Shown in pieces: positions 46,014 to 55,549 of a stretch of DNA of 64,000 nt. Both the position numbers and the translations under genes were made by a program. The notes under the pieces were generated by a model. The model did no database searches and had not been told where the DNA came from. It worked only from the letters and a program-made list of their open reading frames with translations. Origin of the DNA: Minisyncoccota bacterium (lineage in GTDB: Bacteria; Patescibacteriota; Minisyncoccia; Phycocordibacterales; Phycocordibacteraceae); the NCBI GenBank assembly GCA_041666305.1, contig JBAYHD010000004.1, positions 3,946-67,945 on the forward strand. The letters run 5' to 3'. Position 1 is the first letter of the stretch. Every line of letters starts with the position of its first letter.

Positions 46014-47231
46014 ATGCGCTGCCAGATATGCGGCAATCCGAAGCTCTCTTTGGTGCTTTCATTAGGGCACCAGCCGGTGTTGCAGGAATACCTCACCGAA
46101 GAAAAGCTCCAAGAGCCAGAAGTCACGTATCCGCTTAATCTTGTCTTTTGCAACATATGCGGCCTTTCCCAGCTCGATTACATCATCGACCCGAAATTGG
46201 TATTTATGCCGCACTATCCCTACCGTACCGGGCTTACTCTCATGTTGGTGCGCAATTTCGACTCGTTGGCGGAGACGATGCACGAAGCGGGTCACTACAA
46301 GAAAAATGATTTGGTAGTAGATATCGGCAGCAACGACGGCACGCTCCTGCAGCAATTTAAAAAGAGGGGTGCAAAAGTCGTCGGTATCGAGCCAACCAAT
46401 GTCGCAAAAATCGCAAACAAAAGCGGCATCCCTACGCTTCAGCATTACTTCAATGCAGGGACCGTAAAAGACATACGAAAAAAATATGGAACTCCGCGGG
46501 TCATAGCGGCAACGAACGTGTTCGCGCATATTAACGATACCGCGGGATTGGTAAAAAATATCAAAGCGCTCATGGACGCAGAGACCGTGTTCGTATCCGA
46601 GTCGCAGTACCTGCGCGATATGGTAGAAAAATTCGCATTCGACACTATTTATAATGAACACCTGCGCTACTACGGTCTCAAACCGATGATCCACTTGTTT
46701 GCTCTGCACAATATGTCGGTCATAGATGCCGAACGCATAGAGGCCGCCGGCGGTTCCATTCGCGTGTATGTAAAAAAGGGTACCCATCCTATGAGCGCGC
46801 GCGCAAAGAAATTACTGGCCGAGGAAAAGAAGATGGGGTTGCACGATCTCAAGACCCTACACTCTTTTGCAAAACGAGTGCATGATGCCAAACACAATTT
46901 CGTCGCGCTTCTCACAAAACTGAAGAAGACGGGCGCGCGCATTGCCGGCATTACGAGCGCCGGACGCTCGAACGCTCTTCTTGGATTTACTAAAATAAAC
47001 AACACTCTGCTGGATTACAACGCCGAGAAAAAAGGCTCCCCGAAGATAGGCATGTACACCCCGGGCACCCATATTCCGGTCGTTGACGAAGAACAACTTA
47101 TACAAGACCAGCCGGAATATGCCGTCGTTCTCTCATGGCATATCGGCGAGGAGTTGATGAAAAAAACCCGCGCCGCCGGCTATAAAGGGAAATTCGTCCT
47201 TCCGCTCCCCGTGGCACGTGTTGTTCGATGA
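45987..47231 (+). CDS. NDP-hexose C-methyltransferase-type SAM methyltransferase (N-terminal zinc ribbon, Methyltransf_13/14 core, C-terminal C-methyltransf domain)
   Basis: CQICGNPKLSLVLSLGHQPV...LVFCNICGLSQL (Zn ribbon); VVDIGSNDGTLL (motif I); C-terminal 100 aa domain. The architecture is that of TylC3/EvaC-like sugar C-methyltransferases. Confidence 0.78.
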   Translation: MTKDSTGPQMRCQICGNPKLSLVLSLGHQPVLQEYLTEEKLQEPEVTYPLNLVFCNICGLSQLDYIIDPKLVFMPHYPYRTGLTLMLVRNFDSLAETMHEAGHYKKNDLVVDIGSNDGTLLQQFKKRGAKVVGIEPTNVAKIANKSGIPTLQHYFNAGTVKDIRKKYGTPRVIAATNVFAHINDTAGLVKNIKALMDAETVFVSESQYLRDMVEKFAFDTIYNEHLRYYGLKPMIHLFALHNMSVIDAERIEAAGGSIRVYVKKGTHPMSARAKKLLAEEKKMGLHDLKTLHSFAKRVHDAKHNFVALLTKLKKTGARIAGITSAGRSNALLGFTKINNTLLDYNAEKKGSPKIGMYTPGTHIPVVDEEQLIQDQPEYAVVLSWHIGEELMKKTRAAGYKGKFVLPLPVARVVR

Positions 47232-48145
47232 CAAAAAAGAAACTGCGCTTCGCGGTGATGGGGCTTGGGCTACAGGGGAATCGCCTCATACAGGCAATCG
47301 CGGGTTCTCACAGTGCCGTGTTGTCTGCGACTGCAAGCGAACGTGAAAAAGAGTCTTTTGTCCAAGCACTCAAAGATAAAAATATCGATGCCGTTGTCAT
47401 CGCCACGCCGAATAATCAGCATGCGAAGCAGGTCGTTGCCGCCGCTCGAGCCGGTAAACACGTGCTCTGCGAGAAGCCGCTTGTGCTCTCCATGCGCGAG
47501 GCGCGAGCAATCAAGCAGGTCGTGAAGAAAAATCGCGTGCATTGTTTCGTCAATTATCACTTGCGCATGCATCCCGAAGTGCAAAAAGCGAAAGGCCTCA
47601 TTGCGAAAAAGAAATTGGGCGACCTAACGTATATTGAGATGCAATGGTCCATCGGCGGGCTCGCACAAAAAAACTTGCCCACCCTTCCCAGCCATATGCG
47701 CTGGCGCGAGAACCCCGTGCAAGCAGGCGGCGGGGCGCTCATGGCGCGTGGGGTTCATCTCTTTGACCTTCTGCGATTTCTCACCGGTCAGGAGGCTCGC
47801 GAGGTGAGCGCGTGGAGCGATGCGACACGTACAACCGTAGACCGCACGGCTATTGGCATTTTTCTGCTTACTACGGGCATCCCTGCGGTTATCACGACGA
47901 GCAAGTCCATCCCTGACGCCGACAATCGTATCGTTCTCTGCGGCACTAAAGGAAAGCTCGTATTATGCGACCTGTTTACCGCCGACCCGCACACAATGTA
48001 CACTTCTGTATTTGACTCTTTTGCCGGTGCTCTTCGTGGTAAAAAAACTCCGCTCGCAACACTTGAGGACGGTATCGCCGTTCTGGCTATGACGAGTGCA
48101 TTCCTCGCTTCGGCAAAACACAAACGAGCAGAACGTATAATGTAA
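47228..48145 (+). CDS. Gfo/Idh/MocA-family NAD(P)-dependent oxidoreductase
   Basis: LRFAVMGLGLQGNRLIQA, VVIATPNNQHAKQVVAAARAGKHVLCEKP. Its start overlaps the previous stop as ATGA. Confidence 0.82.
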   Translation: MTKKKLRFAVMGLGLQGNRLIQAIAGSHSAVLSATASEREKESFVQALKDKNIDAVVIATPNNQHAKQVVAAARAGKHVLCEKPLVLSMREARAIKQVVKKNRVHCFVNYHLRMHPEVQKAKGLIAKKKLGDLTYIEMQWSIGGLAQKNLPTLPSHMRWRENPVQAGGGALMARGVHLFDLLRFLTGQEAREVSAWSDATRTTVDRTAIGIFLLTTGIPAVITTSKSIPDADNRIVLCGTKGKLVLCDLFTADPHTMYTSVFDSFAGALRGKKTPLATLEDGIAVLAMTSAFLASAKHKRAERIM

Positions 48146-48154
48146 TAAACTATT

Positions 48155-48697
48155 ATGGATAAAGAACCCGCGCTCTATATTGAAAAAGGATTCACTGGCA
48201 TGGAAAAAGTATTCCTTCCTGATGATGAATATGCGCGAGCGATAGAAGCGTTTATCGTGACCTGTGTTGATACCATCATAATCGACCGCTATGCAAAAAA
48301 AGTATATCTGCCTAAACGGCGATCGAAACCCGCACAGGATCTGTGGTGGGTCATAGGTGGCCGTCGCAAAACTGGCATAACGGCGCGTGAAGCGATGCGA
48401 GAAATATTCAAGCGTGAGACCTCATTGGAGATCCCGCTTGAACGATTCGTATTCGTCGCCATCGCCGAATATCTTTGGAGCAATCGACAGCAATCGCCGC
48501 AGAAGAAAGGCGTTCATATGCAGGGCTACACGTTTGCCGTAGACCTGACACCGGAAGAACGCTCCATAGTCGCAAAAAATCTGGACCCGAAAGAATACTC
48601 TGCCGAGCTCGAGCTGCGTGCCTTCACGCTTGAAGAGCTTCAGGACGGATCGCACCATCCCGCCGTCGTCGCCATCGCCGCACGCGCTCTACAATAA
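48155..48697 (+). CDS. Hypothetical protein with degenerate Nudix-like box
   Basis: WWVIGGRRKTGITAREAMREIFKRETSLEI loosely fits GX5EX7REUXEEXGU but lacks the EE pair. Confidence 0.35.
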   Translation: MDKEPALYIEKGFTGMEKVFLPDDEYARAIEAFIVTCVDTIIIDRYAKKVYLPKRRSKPAQDLWWVIGGRRKTGITAREAMREIFKRETSLEIPLERFVFVAIAEYLWSNRQQSPQKKGVHMQGYTFAVDLTPEERSIVAKNLDPKEYSAELELRAFTLEELQDGSHHPAVVAIAARALQ

Positions 48698-48800
48698 CAG
48701 TATTTTACGAGAAAATACGGCACATTTGACTTTTATAATTCCTTATGTTATTCTATAAGGGTGTTCTCGCATTAAAGCCATTCCGCTGCTAACTAACCAA

Positions 48801-49004
48801 ATGGAGGTTTTTATGTTTCAGATTAAGTCGTTCCTTTCCTTGCTCTTTGCTTTTATGTTCATTTTCTCGGTTATCGGACTGGCAATCGGTTTGGTGTGGG
48901 CGGCCGGATACATCGGGGGAACGCGGATAGCCTTCTGGACTATGATGTTCCTACTCATCGCGGGAAATGCATGGGAAATATCACTCTTAAAGAAATCCGG
49001 CTGA
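48801..49004 (+). CDS. Small 2-TM membrane protein (likely start 48813, MFQIK, with GGAGG 7 nt upstream)
   Basis: One of the few clear SD-like sites in the window; two hydrophobic helices. Confidence 0.35.
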   Translation: MEVFMFQIKSFLSLLFAFMFIFSVIGLAIGLVWAAGYIGGTRIAFWTMMFLLIAGNAWEISLLKKSG

Positions 49005-49038
49005 AGCAGATCTAATCGGTACGGTAAGGGACGCGCTG

Positions 49039-50112
49039 TTATCGGCGTGCCCTTTTTCTTTTTCCGTTATCCTGCGTTGGCAACGCGACGCCACGGAGAG
49101 CGCAATCGTGCTCGAGCATGATACGCACCAACTCCTTGAATTTTACTTTTGGCTTCCAACCGAGCTTGCGGCGTGCCTTACTGCTGTCGCCGAGAAGATA
49201 ATCCACTTCCGTCGGACGCTTGTGGCGCTCATCTATGACGACATATTTCTTCCAATTATCTATTCCGGCCAAATGGAAGACTTCTTCGACTAATTCCCGA
49301 ACGCTGTGCGACTCCCCCGTCGCAATGACATAATCGTCCGGCTTGTCTTGCTGGAGCATCAGCCACATCGCTTCAACGTAATCAGGGGCATATCCCCAAT
49401 CGCGCTTCGCATCCAGGTTGCCGAGATAAAGCTTGTCGCGTTTGCCGGCTAAAATATCCGCCACGCCCAAAGTAATTTTCCGCGTGACGAAATTAGTCCC
49501 GCGGCGAGGCGACTCGTGATTGAACAAAATACCGTTTGACGCATGGATGCCGTACGCCTCACGATAGTTAACGGTGGCCCAATACGCGTATACTTTGGCA
49601 ATTCCGTATGGACTCCTCGGATAAAATGGCGTTTTCTCGTTTTGGGGGAATTCGCGGGCTTTTCCGAACATCTCCGACGACGAGGCCTGATAAAATCTAG
49701 TTTTGATGCGCGTGTCTCGTATTGCTTCAAGGAGTCTCATCGTTGCAAGGCCGGCTGCTTCGCCCGTATATACGGGCATATCAAAACTGATACCCACATG
49801 ACTTTGCGCGCCCAGATGGTAGATCTCATCCGGCACGATACGCTCTATCAGCCGATGCAAAGAACTTGAATCGTTCAGGTCGCCATAATGCAGATGGAGT
49901 CCGGTCGATTTGCCAAGGTCTTTGCCGTCATATTCGATAGGCTTATTGGTGGCACGTCGCGCCCGTTCGTACACGTGTTCCAAACGCTCGCGATTCACAA
50001 CGCTCGAGCGGCGCACCAAACCGTGCACTTCATATCCCTTGGCCAGCAAGAGGTCGGCTAAGTATGAGCCATCTTGCCCGGTAACTCCGGTGATGAGGGC
50101 TTTCTTCTTCAT
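49039..50112 (-). CDS. gmd: GDP-mannose 4,6-dehydratase
   Basis: [53 protein letters not shown]. Confidence 0.9.
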   Translation of the reverse strand: MKKKALITGVTGQDGSYLADLLLAKGYEVHGLVRRSSVVNRERLEHVYERARRATNKPIEYDGKDLGKSTGLHLHYGDLNDSSSLHRLIERIVPDEIYHLGAQSHVGISFDMPVYTGEAAGLATMRLLEAIRDTRIKTRFYQASSSEMFGKAREFPQNEKTPFYPRSPYGIAKVYAYWATVNYREAYGIHASNGILFNHESPRRGTNFVTRKITLGVADILAGKRDKLYLGNLDAKRDWGYAPDYVEAMWLMLQQDKPDDYVIATGESHSVRELVEEVFHLAGIDNWKKYVVIDERHKRPTEVDYLLGDSSKARRKLGWKPKVKFKELVRIMLEHDCALRGVALPTQDNGKRKRARR

Positions 50113-50138
50113 ATAATAAAGGGATAATACTGCTTGCG

Positions 50139-50570
50139 ATGATATATGGCAACGCTCGTGATCGTGAGGTAGAATGTTCGGTATCTATGAACGGACATAT
50201 TCGCCTCGCTATATCAAAAGCAAAAACTCATAAAAAAGGCTGGGGCGAGGAAGTATGGATAATCAATAATGATACGTATTGCGGCAAGTTACTTAAGTTC
50301 AATAAAGGAGCATCGTTCAGCGACCATTACCATATCATTAAAGACGAGGCGTGGTATGTGCTCTCAGGCAAACTCGAATTGCGGTATTACAATCTCGCCA
50401 ACGCCGATCGCGTGGTCAAAGTATTAAAAGAGGGCGATGTGGTCCATATCCCGCCCAACACACCGCACCAATTGGTCGCGCGCGAGACATCGGTCATCAT
50501 AGAAGTTTCCACACCGCATGACGAAGCGGACTCTTACCGTATCGGCAAAGGCGACAGCCAGAAAAAATAA
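50139..50570 (+). CDS. Cupin-fold protein (sugar isomerase/epimerase-like)
   Basis: HYH...E...G.....[10 protein letters not shown], a cupin metal-site pattern. Confidence 0.55.
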   Translation: MIYGNARDREVECSVSMNGHIRLAISKAKTHKKGWGEEVWIINNDTYCGKLLKFNKGASFSDHYHIIKDEAWYVLSGKLELRYYNLANADRVVKVLKEGDVVHIPPNTPHQLVARETSVIIEVSTPHDEADSYRIGKGDSQKK

Positions 50571-50576
50571 ATCGTA

Positions 50577-51008
50577 CTAGCTAAGGAGCAGTGCGGCGAC
50601 TATCGCCGCGATGAAGCCGATCCCTTGTTTTAGATTCACACCGTGATTTATCACCGCATAGAAAATTGCCGGAATGGAGATCTGCACGATGAGCAGAAGG
50701 ACGTAGAGCGTACTCAAATGTGTCGCCGATGTTCTTCCTACTACATCACTAAGGAAAAGAAGTGAAAGTGCCGCCAACAATCCTGCACCGAGAGCAATTC
50801 CCCATTGCACCGTGTTCGATTGCGCGTTTATTTGTATTCCGCCAGTTGCGACGAGCAGGCCGATGGCGGCAACGAGAGAAACAAAACTATAGACCACGGC
50901 GATAGGCGCCCCGATGAGTCCGCTCCGTTGCATCACGAGCGGCCATGCTCCGGCCGCGATGCCCGCAACAATGACTTCTACATACACATTTCTTAACATA
51001 TCCAACAT
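50577..51008 (-). CDS. Small 4-TM membrane protein (SMR/EamA-half-like; possible ArnE/F-type lipid-linked sugar flippase subunit)
   Basis: 143 aa, four hydrophobic helices. Confidence 0.45.
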   Translation of the reverse strand: MLDMLRNVYVEVIVAGIAAGAWPLVMQRSGLIGAPIAVVYSFVSLVAAIGLLVATGGIQINAQSNTVQWGIALGAGLLAALSLLFLSDVVGRTSATHLSTLYVLLLIVQISIPAIFYAVINHGVNLKQGIGFIAAIVAALLLS

Positions 51009-51033
51009 CAGGTTAAGTATAGAGCTTGTTCCT

Positions 51034-51077
51034 AAAAAAAGTTAGTGCCGCACTTCCTCTGTGAGGAAATGCGGCAC
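51034..51077 (-). terminator. Rho-independent terminator of the EEP-family gene (14-bp stem GTGCCGCACTTCCTC/GAGGAAATGCGGCAC followed by U7 on the minus strand)
   Basis: Near-perfect hairpin 51045-51077, with an A7 run at 51034-51040 on the plus strand (a U-tract on the minus-strand transcript). Confidence 0.65.
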
Positions 51078-51087
51078 CGAAGAACTG

Positions 51088-51924
51088 CTACAGCCCGTAC
51101 TCGATCTCGACCGTTGCCGACAGAGCGCAATGGTCGCTGACATCGGAGCGTAGGCGAACATCCGAAAGAACGAACGAACGGTCATGCCGATTTTGCGCGA
51201 AGAACCAGTCCGTCACGACCTTCCCGCCCTTTTTTACGAACGGATGATCGGGGTCGAGCGTGTTATCGATATTCGCAGGCATTTTGTCGGAAAAACCTAC
51301 TGCGATGTGGCGGCCGGCAGTGACCATTTGGTACATCTCACCGCCACGACCAAAGTTCATATCGGCGGCCAAAAACAACCCATCGCGCGCGTTCCCTTCG
51401 CGCGTGAGAAACTCGAGTAGTTTGCGAGTGCTTTCGCGTTGCCGATCGCTCGTAGCACCACCGCGTACCCAGTAGCCGTGCGTTGTCGCGATGTTGTATT
51501 TGCGGTTATCTTTGATGACGGTGACGCAAATCGCACGGCGATCTTCGGTCGTGTCGATCAAGTCGTCGGTCTCTTTCGTCGGGGGGAATCTTTCGTTCTT
51601 GTCGTTGACTCCCTGCAAGTCTTTCAACTTGCCGTTGCCCCACGTAGTGTGACGCGTGATGTAAATCATCGGATAGCGCGAAAGGATCGCGATACCCACG
51701 ACCGCCCGATGCCCGTTGATCAAGTGGTTGGTCATGGCCGCAAATGCGACATGCCGCCATTGTCTGCGAAGCCACGGCAGGTCGCGCTCCGGGATGTCTT
51801 GTAGACACAAGACATCCGGTGCTGGCTCCGCGCCGGTGACGAGACCGTTCAGATACCCCCAGGTGCGCTGTTGAAGCAGACGCCCCGCGTTGAGGGTCAT
51901 AATGGTGAGACTCTTGTTGGGCAT
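51088..51924 (-). CDS. Endonuclease/exonuclease/phosphatase (EEP) family protein
   Basis: MTLNAGRLL, VLCLQDI, C-terminal SDHCAL. Confidence 0.72.
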   Translation of the reverse strand: MPNKSLTIMTLNAGRLLQQRTWGYLNGLVTGAEPAPDVLCLQDIPERDLPWLRRQWRHVAFAAMTNHLINGHRAVVGIAILSRYPMIYITRHTTWGNGKLKDLQGVNDKNERFPPTKETDDLIDTTEDRRAICVTVIKDNRKYNIATTHGYWVRGGATSDRQRESTRKLLEFLTREGNARDGLFLAADMNFGRGGEMYQMVTAGRHIAVGFSDKMPANIDNTLDPDHPFVKKGGKVVTDWFFAQNRHDRSFVLSDVRLRSDVSDHCALSATVEIEYGL

Positions 51925-52071
51925 TTCTGCCTCCTTTCATGTCAATTGAACCGCGGTGTGCAGGAAATCCTGCTCTAAATACTCCGATACTAGAATAGCA
52001 CAAAACTACCCTATCTGTCAATGGTCCTCGGCAACGGCGCGAGAATACCCCCCTCCCTTAACCACTGTCCC

Positions 52072-52103
52072 AATATTTGTCCTATAGGATATAATTTGAG
52101 ACA
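52072..52103 (+). promoter_or_regulatory. Promoter/operator of the paaX-like gene: TATAAT at 52091-52096 only 6 nt before the ATG (probably a leaderless mRNA), embedded in a palindromic TTGTCCTATAGGA element
   Basis: A related 38-nt perfect palindrome lies at 52706-52743. Confidence 0.4.
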
Positions 52104-52690
52104 TGAAGAAAATGCGCACGGAAACACGAGGAAAATATCTGCCGATGCGCAATCTGATTCTCCGAACGCTGGTGATGACCGGTGGGATAAGTGTCGCGCT
52201 TGTCGCACCGAAAACTTTGACTCTGCTTAAGAAGCTTGATCGCGGTATGGCGAATCGCAAGAACCTGTATCGAAATATTACCAAGGCGATAACTCGACTC
52301 GAACACGCAGGGCTTGTGCGGGTGTCGGGACAATACGCCAGCCGTAGAGTGGCATTGACCGACAAAGGGCGCACTATGATCGAAACGATCCGTGCAAGCG
52401 AGTATCATATCCCCGAACCGGTATTCTGGGACGGTAAGTGGCGAGTAGTGATGTTCGATATCCGCGAGAAGCGCCGTAGAGCTCGCTCACAGCTCCGTTC
52501 TCTGCTCATGGGTGCCGGATTCTTGCGGCTTCAGGATAGCGTGTGGATCCATCCCTACCCGTGCGACGAATTCATCGGGCTTGTTCGCGCACACCTGAAG
52601 AGCGGGACGGGTGAGATGCTTTCTTTCACTGCTGATGCACTTGAATCGGACAAAAGGTTGCGAGAACACTTCCGTCTCCCCGTCTCATAA
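52103..52690 (+). CDS. PaaX-family transcriptional regulator (wHTH plus PaaX C-terminal-like domain)
   Basis: wHTH ITKAITRLEHAGLVRVS; then WDGKWRVVMFDIREKRRRARSQLRSLLMGAGFLRLQDSVWIHP, typical of the PaaX family. Confidence 0.6.
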   Translation: MKKMRTETRGKYLPMRNLILRTLVMTGGISVALVAPKTLTLLKKLDRGMANRKNLYRNITKAITRLEHAGLVRVSGQYASRRVALTDKGRTMIETIRASEYHIPEPVFWDGKWRVVMFDIREKRRRARSQLRSLLMGAGFLRLQDSVWIHPYPCDEFIGLVRAHLKSGTGEMLSFTADALESDKRLREHFRLPVS

Positions 52691-52705
52691 TTCTACAAAA
52701 CTGAC

Positions 52706-52743
52706 TGTCTCAAATATTGTCCTATAGGACAATATTTGAGACA
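52706..52743. promoter_or_regulatory. 38-nt perfect palindrome TGTCTCAAATATTGTCCTATAGGACAATATTTGAGACA between convergent genes; second copy of the paaX-like operator element, possibly also a terminator
   Basis: 17-bp arms around a TATA centre; resembles 52072-52103. Confidence 0.45.
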
Positions 52744-52803
52744 TTGGGTGTTTGATTCTGCTGTACCGTGCCCCACACCATGGTTGCTTGATTCCTATAT
52801 CAC

Positions 52804-53601
52804 TTATTTTCGCTTTGCACGCTTTTTGACCGTCTTCTTTTTGCTTTTCTTTTTGCTCGCAGTTTTTCCTATCACTGTTACGCCCTTGTGCTGCACCACT
52901 TCGGAGGCGCATTCGTTCGCGAAAGCGATGGCTTCCTCTACGTTCCCTGTTTCCAAATATTTCACGAGGAGCGCGGCGAAGAAGCTGTCCCCCGCTCCAG
53001 TGACATCTTTCACTTCTACTTTCTTACTGACTGGATAATTCTTCCCTTTGAAAAAAGCACCCTGGTCGCCCTTCGTATAGATTATTTTTTTCTCAAGACC
53101 TTTCGGAAGCGACGCTTTTGAACGCTCGTATTCATAATTGTTTATCTTTATGTACTTCGCCTTCATCGCCCAATCGCCCAGGACTTTTTTCGTATCCATA
53201 AAAACCAAGTCGTGATTCTCGCAGATGTGTCGAATATCGTCCTCGGTCAGAAATCCTTTGTTGTAATCGGAGATAGCGACGAGGTCGTACTCGTGAAGCG
53301 GCACCTTGTGCACGTTGATGCGTTCGATGTTTGGTTCGGCGTCGATACGGATGAATGTGTGGTTCGTATTGCGATGCACATAGCGCGTCTTCGTCACCTT
53401 CTCCCATCCCTCATTCGTGTAGAGATCGGCTTGCGGGTAGATGTTGTGCACGTTGCGGTGCATATTGGCCGCCATGCCGGGATTTTCGGTCTCCTCGATG
53501 ACGCGCAGTACGGGCACCGGCAGGTCCGGCGCGAGGCGCTCCGCATGGCAATATACGAATTTATCGAGGCACGCCTCGCCGACGATGAGGATTTTTTTCA
53601 T
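52804..53601 (-). CDS. PfkB-family sugar kinase (RfaE/HldE domain-I-like heptose-7-phosphate kinase) with Lys-rich C-terminal tail
   Basis: ILIVGEACLDKFVY; DVTGAGDSFFAALL (PfkB anion-hole/ATP motif); tail KTASKKKSKKKTVKKRAKRK. Confidence 0.75.
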   Translation of the reverse strand: MKKILIVGEACLDKFVYCHAERLAPDLPVPVLRVIEETENPGMAANMHRNVHNIYPQADLYTNEGWEKVTKTRYVHRNTNHTFIRIDAEPNIERINVHKVPLHEYDLVAISDYNKGFLTEDDIRHICENHDLVFMDTKKVLGDWAMKAKYIKINNYEYERSKASLPKGLEKKIIYTKGDQGAFFKGKNYPVSKKVEVKDVTGAGDSFFAALLVKYLETGNVEEAIAFANECASEVVQHKGVTVIGKTASKKKSKKKTVKKRAKRK

Positions 53602-53648
53602 AGTGTGGCTACGCTATACATAACGAGAAAAACGCGAGAAAAGTTGCT

Positions 53649-54368
53649 TCACAATTCCCTCTCCACAAAGATGGAATTGACCCTGGTGTCCGCGTACAAA
53701 GAGTACCCCTGCGCTATGAGGTAGTCGTTAATGTTCGGACTTTTCTGAAGATCGCCATTCGCATCGTATCGCAAAGTTTCAACGCAAATGATCTTCGGAC
53801 GGAATCTTTTGAAATCCAGCGAACGCAGGATGTCCAGATCGTAGCTTTCCGTATCCACCGAAAGAATATCAACGCCGTGAGGAAAATAGGTCTCCATGAT
53901 CGAATTGATGGTGACGAGCGGTATGTGCAGTACTTTTTCTATCTTTTGTTTCGTTTTTAATTCTTTGTTGGCAACGGTCTCATCCGCTTCTTCTTTGCTG
54001 AACGTGTTGAGGAATGGCGACGTCATCACATAATAGTCAGCGCTCGTGTTCGCAACCGGGCTGATGCCCACATTCAGGCCTATATCTTTGCTCCGTTTCT
54101 TTTGTATGAGCCGGAACATATCCGGGTTCGGCTCAATGCAGACGCCATGCCCCCCTGCGAGATAGAAAAAGTAGGTGTTGTTCGAATAGGTGGGATCATA
54201 GGCGCCGATATCAAGATAGGAAGGCTTGCCTATGCCGAGTTCTTTGCACGCATAGTCAATAATGAGGTCCTCGCCGACTTGCGCATAACTGCGCCTATAT
54301 CTCCTATTTTGGAGATATTTAAAATAATCAATATAATTCTGTATCTTCAGATATTTCTCAATGTGCAT
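53649..54368 (-). CDS. FkbM-family SAM-dependent methyltransferase
   Basis: GEDLIIDYACKELGIGKPSYLDIGAYDPTYSNNT (FkbM motif I region). Confidence 0.68.
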   Translation of the reverse strand: MHIEKYLKIQNYIDYFKYLQNRRYRRSYAQVGEDLIIDYACKELGIGKPSYLDIGAYDPTYSNNTYFFYLAGGHGVCIEPNPDMFRLIQKKRSKDIGLNVGISPVANTSADYYVMTSPFLNTFSKEEADETVANKELKTKQKIEKVLHIPLVTINSIMETYFPHGVDILSVDTESYDLDILRSLDFKRFRPKIICVETLRYDANGDLQKSPNINDYLIAQGYSLYADTRVNSIFVEREL

Positions 54369-54379
54369 GGCGGTTGAGA

Positions 54380-55549
54380 CTATTCCAACGTAATCGTCGG
54401 CGGGAGATGCAGCTCTTCAAACGAGAGCTTCAAGTTAAGTTTCGGCTTCCCGAACATCGTGAGGATCGCATTCGCAATATCGACCTTGGTCGGGTACCAA
54501 AACTCGCTCAAAGCAGGCGAGGTCGGGCACGGGACGGCGGGACACGAAATCGCGACGGGAGCACTTTTTAATTTCAGCGCGGTATTCTTGGCGATGCTCG
54601 CGATGATCTCCGATCCCACAGAAAATGCTCCATTGGTCGTATCAACCGTGATAAGACGGCCAGTCTTTTTTACCGAGGCGTGAATAGTCTTGTAATCCAG
54701 GGGATTGATGCTCACGAGATCGATGAGCTCCACGCGTTTCGCGTCCTTACCCAAAAGTTCGAGCGCGCGGCGCGCAGTAAAGAGAGCGTCGCCATAACCC
54801 ACAACCGTGATGTCGCTTCCTTTCTTTACTAGGTGCGCTTTATCGAGCGGTACTTCATACAGTTTTGCGGGAACTTCTTCTTTGATGCCGTAGAGCCAGC
54901 GCGACTCAAGCATGACAACCGGATTCTTATCACGTGCGGCGGCAACGAGGAGTCCTTTTGCCATTTTCGGAGACGACGGTACGACGACCTTGAGCCCCGG
55001 CACGCTGCCAAAAAGTGAATAGAGCGCTTGAGAGTGCTGAGGACCGTTGCCCCATTGGCGACCGACCACGATACGAAAAATGATAGGAACCGGACCGCCG
55101 CCGCCGAACATATAGTTCCATTTCGCGGCTTGAGTGAAGATCTGGTCGGCGGCAAGCAGACTGAACTCCACACGATCGTGATGGACGATAGGGTGCAGTC
55201 CGCTGATGGCTGAACCGACGGCGAGCCCGGTCAGTGCGGCTTCAGAGGTAGGCGTCTCGAGAATGCGGGCGGGATATTTTTCCTTCAATCCATTCGTCGT
55301 ACCGGCAGCACCCTGCGGTACGCCGAGTCCGATGACATAGACGGACGGATCCTTCTCCATCACCTGGTCGGTTGCTTCGCGTATCGCATCCGCACATTTG
55401 ATGATCCGGTCAGACATAAAAAATATCGGTATACATCTCCTTCTTCGCGGGATACGGAGATGCCTTCGCGAATTCGATCGCCTCCCGTACTTCAGCATGT
55501 ATCTCGTCCTCAATTTTCTGCAATTTCTTCTCCGCCACTCCATCAGCAA
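54380..55549 (-). CDS. Pyruvate/2-oxoacid dehydrogenase E1 beta-subunit-like protein (transketolase Pyr plus C-terminal domains); likely start 55417 (MSDRIIKC)
   Basis: VYVIGLGV, TPTSEAALTGLAVGSA, KVVVPSSPKMAKGLL, ITVVGYGDAL. Confidence 0.82.
   Translation of the reverse strand: MLMEWRRRNCRKLRTRYMLKYGRRSNSRRHLRIPRRRRCIPIFFMSDRIIKCADAIREATDQVMEKDPSVYVIGLGVPQGAAGTTNGLKEKYPARILETPTSEAALTGLAVGSAISGLHPIVHHDRVEFSLLAADQIFTQAAKWNYMFGGGGPVPIIFRIVVGRQWGNGPQHSQALYSLFGSVPGLKVVVPSSPKMAKGLLVAAARDKNPVVMLESRWLYGIKEEVPAKLYEVPLDKAHLVKKGSDITVVGYGDALFTARRALELLGKDAKRVELIDLVSINPLDYKTIHASVKKTGRLITVDTTNGAFSVGSEIIASIAKNTALKLKSAPVAISCPAVPCPTSPALSEFWYPTKVDIANAILTMFGKPKLNLKLSFEELHLPPTITLE

Noticed and set aside
49020-49066. 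Putative terminator hairpin after the small membrane protein gene
   Set aside because: The stem pairs poorly (only 3 contiguous bp) and the T-rich segment lies inside the gmd C-terminal coding sequence, so it is not called as a terminator.
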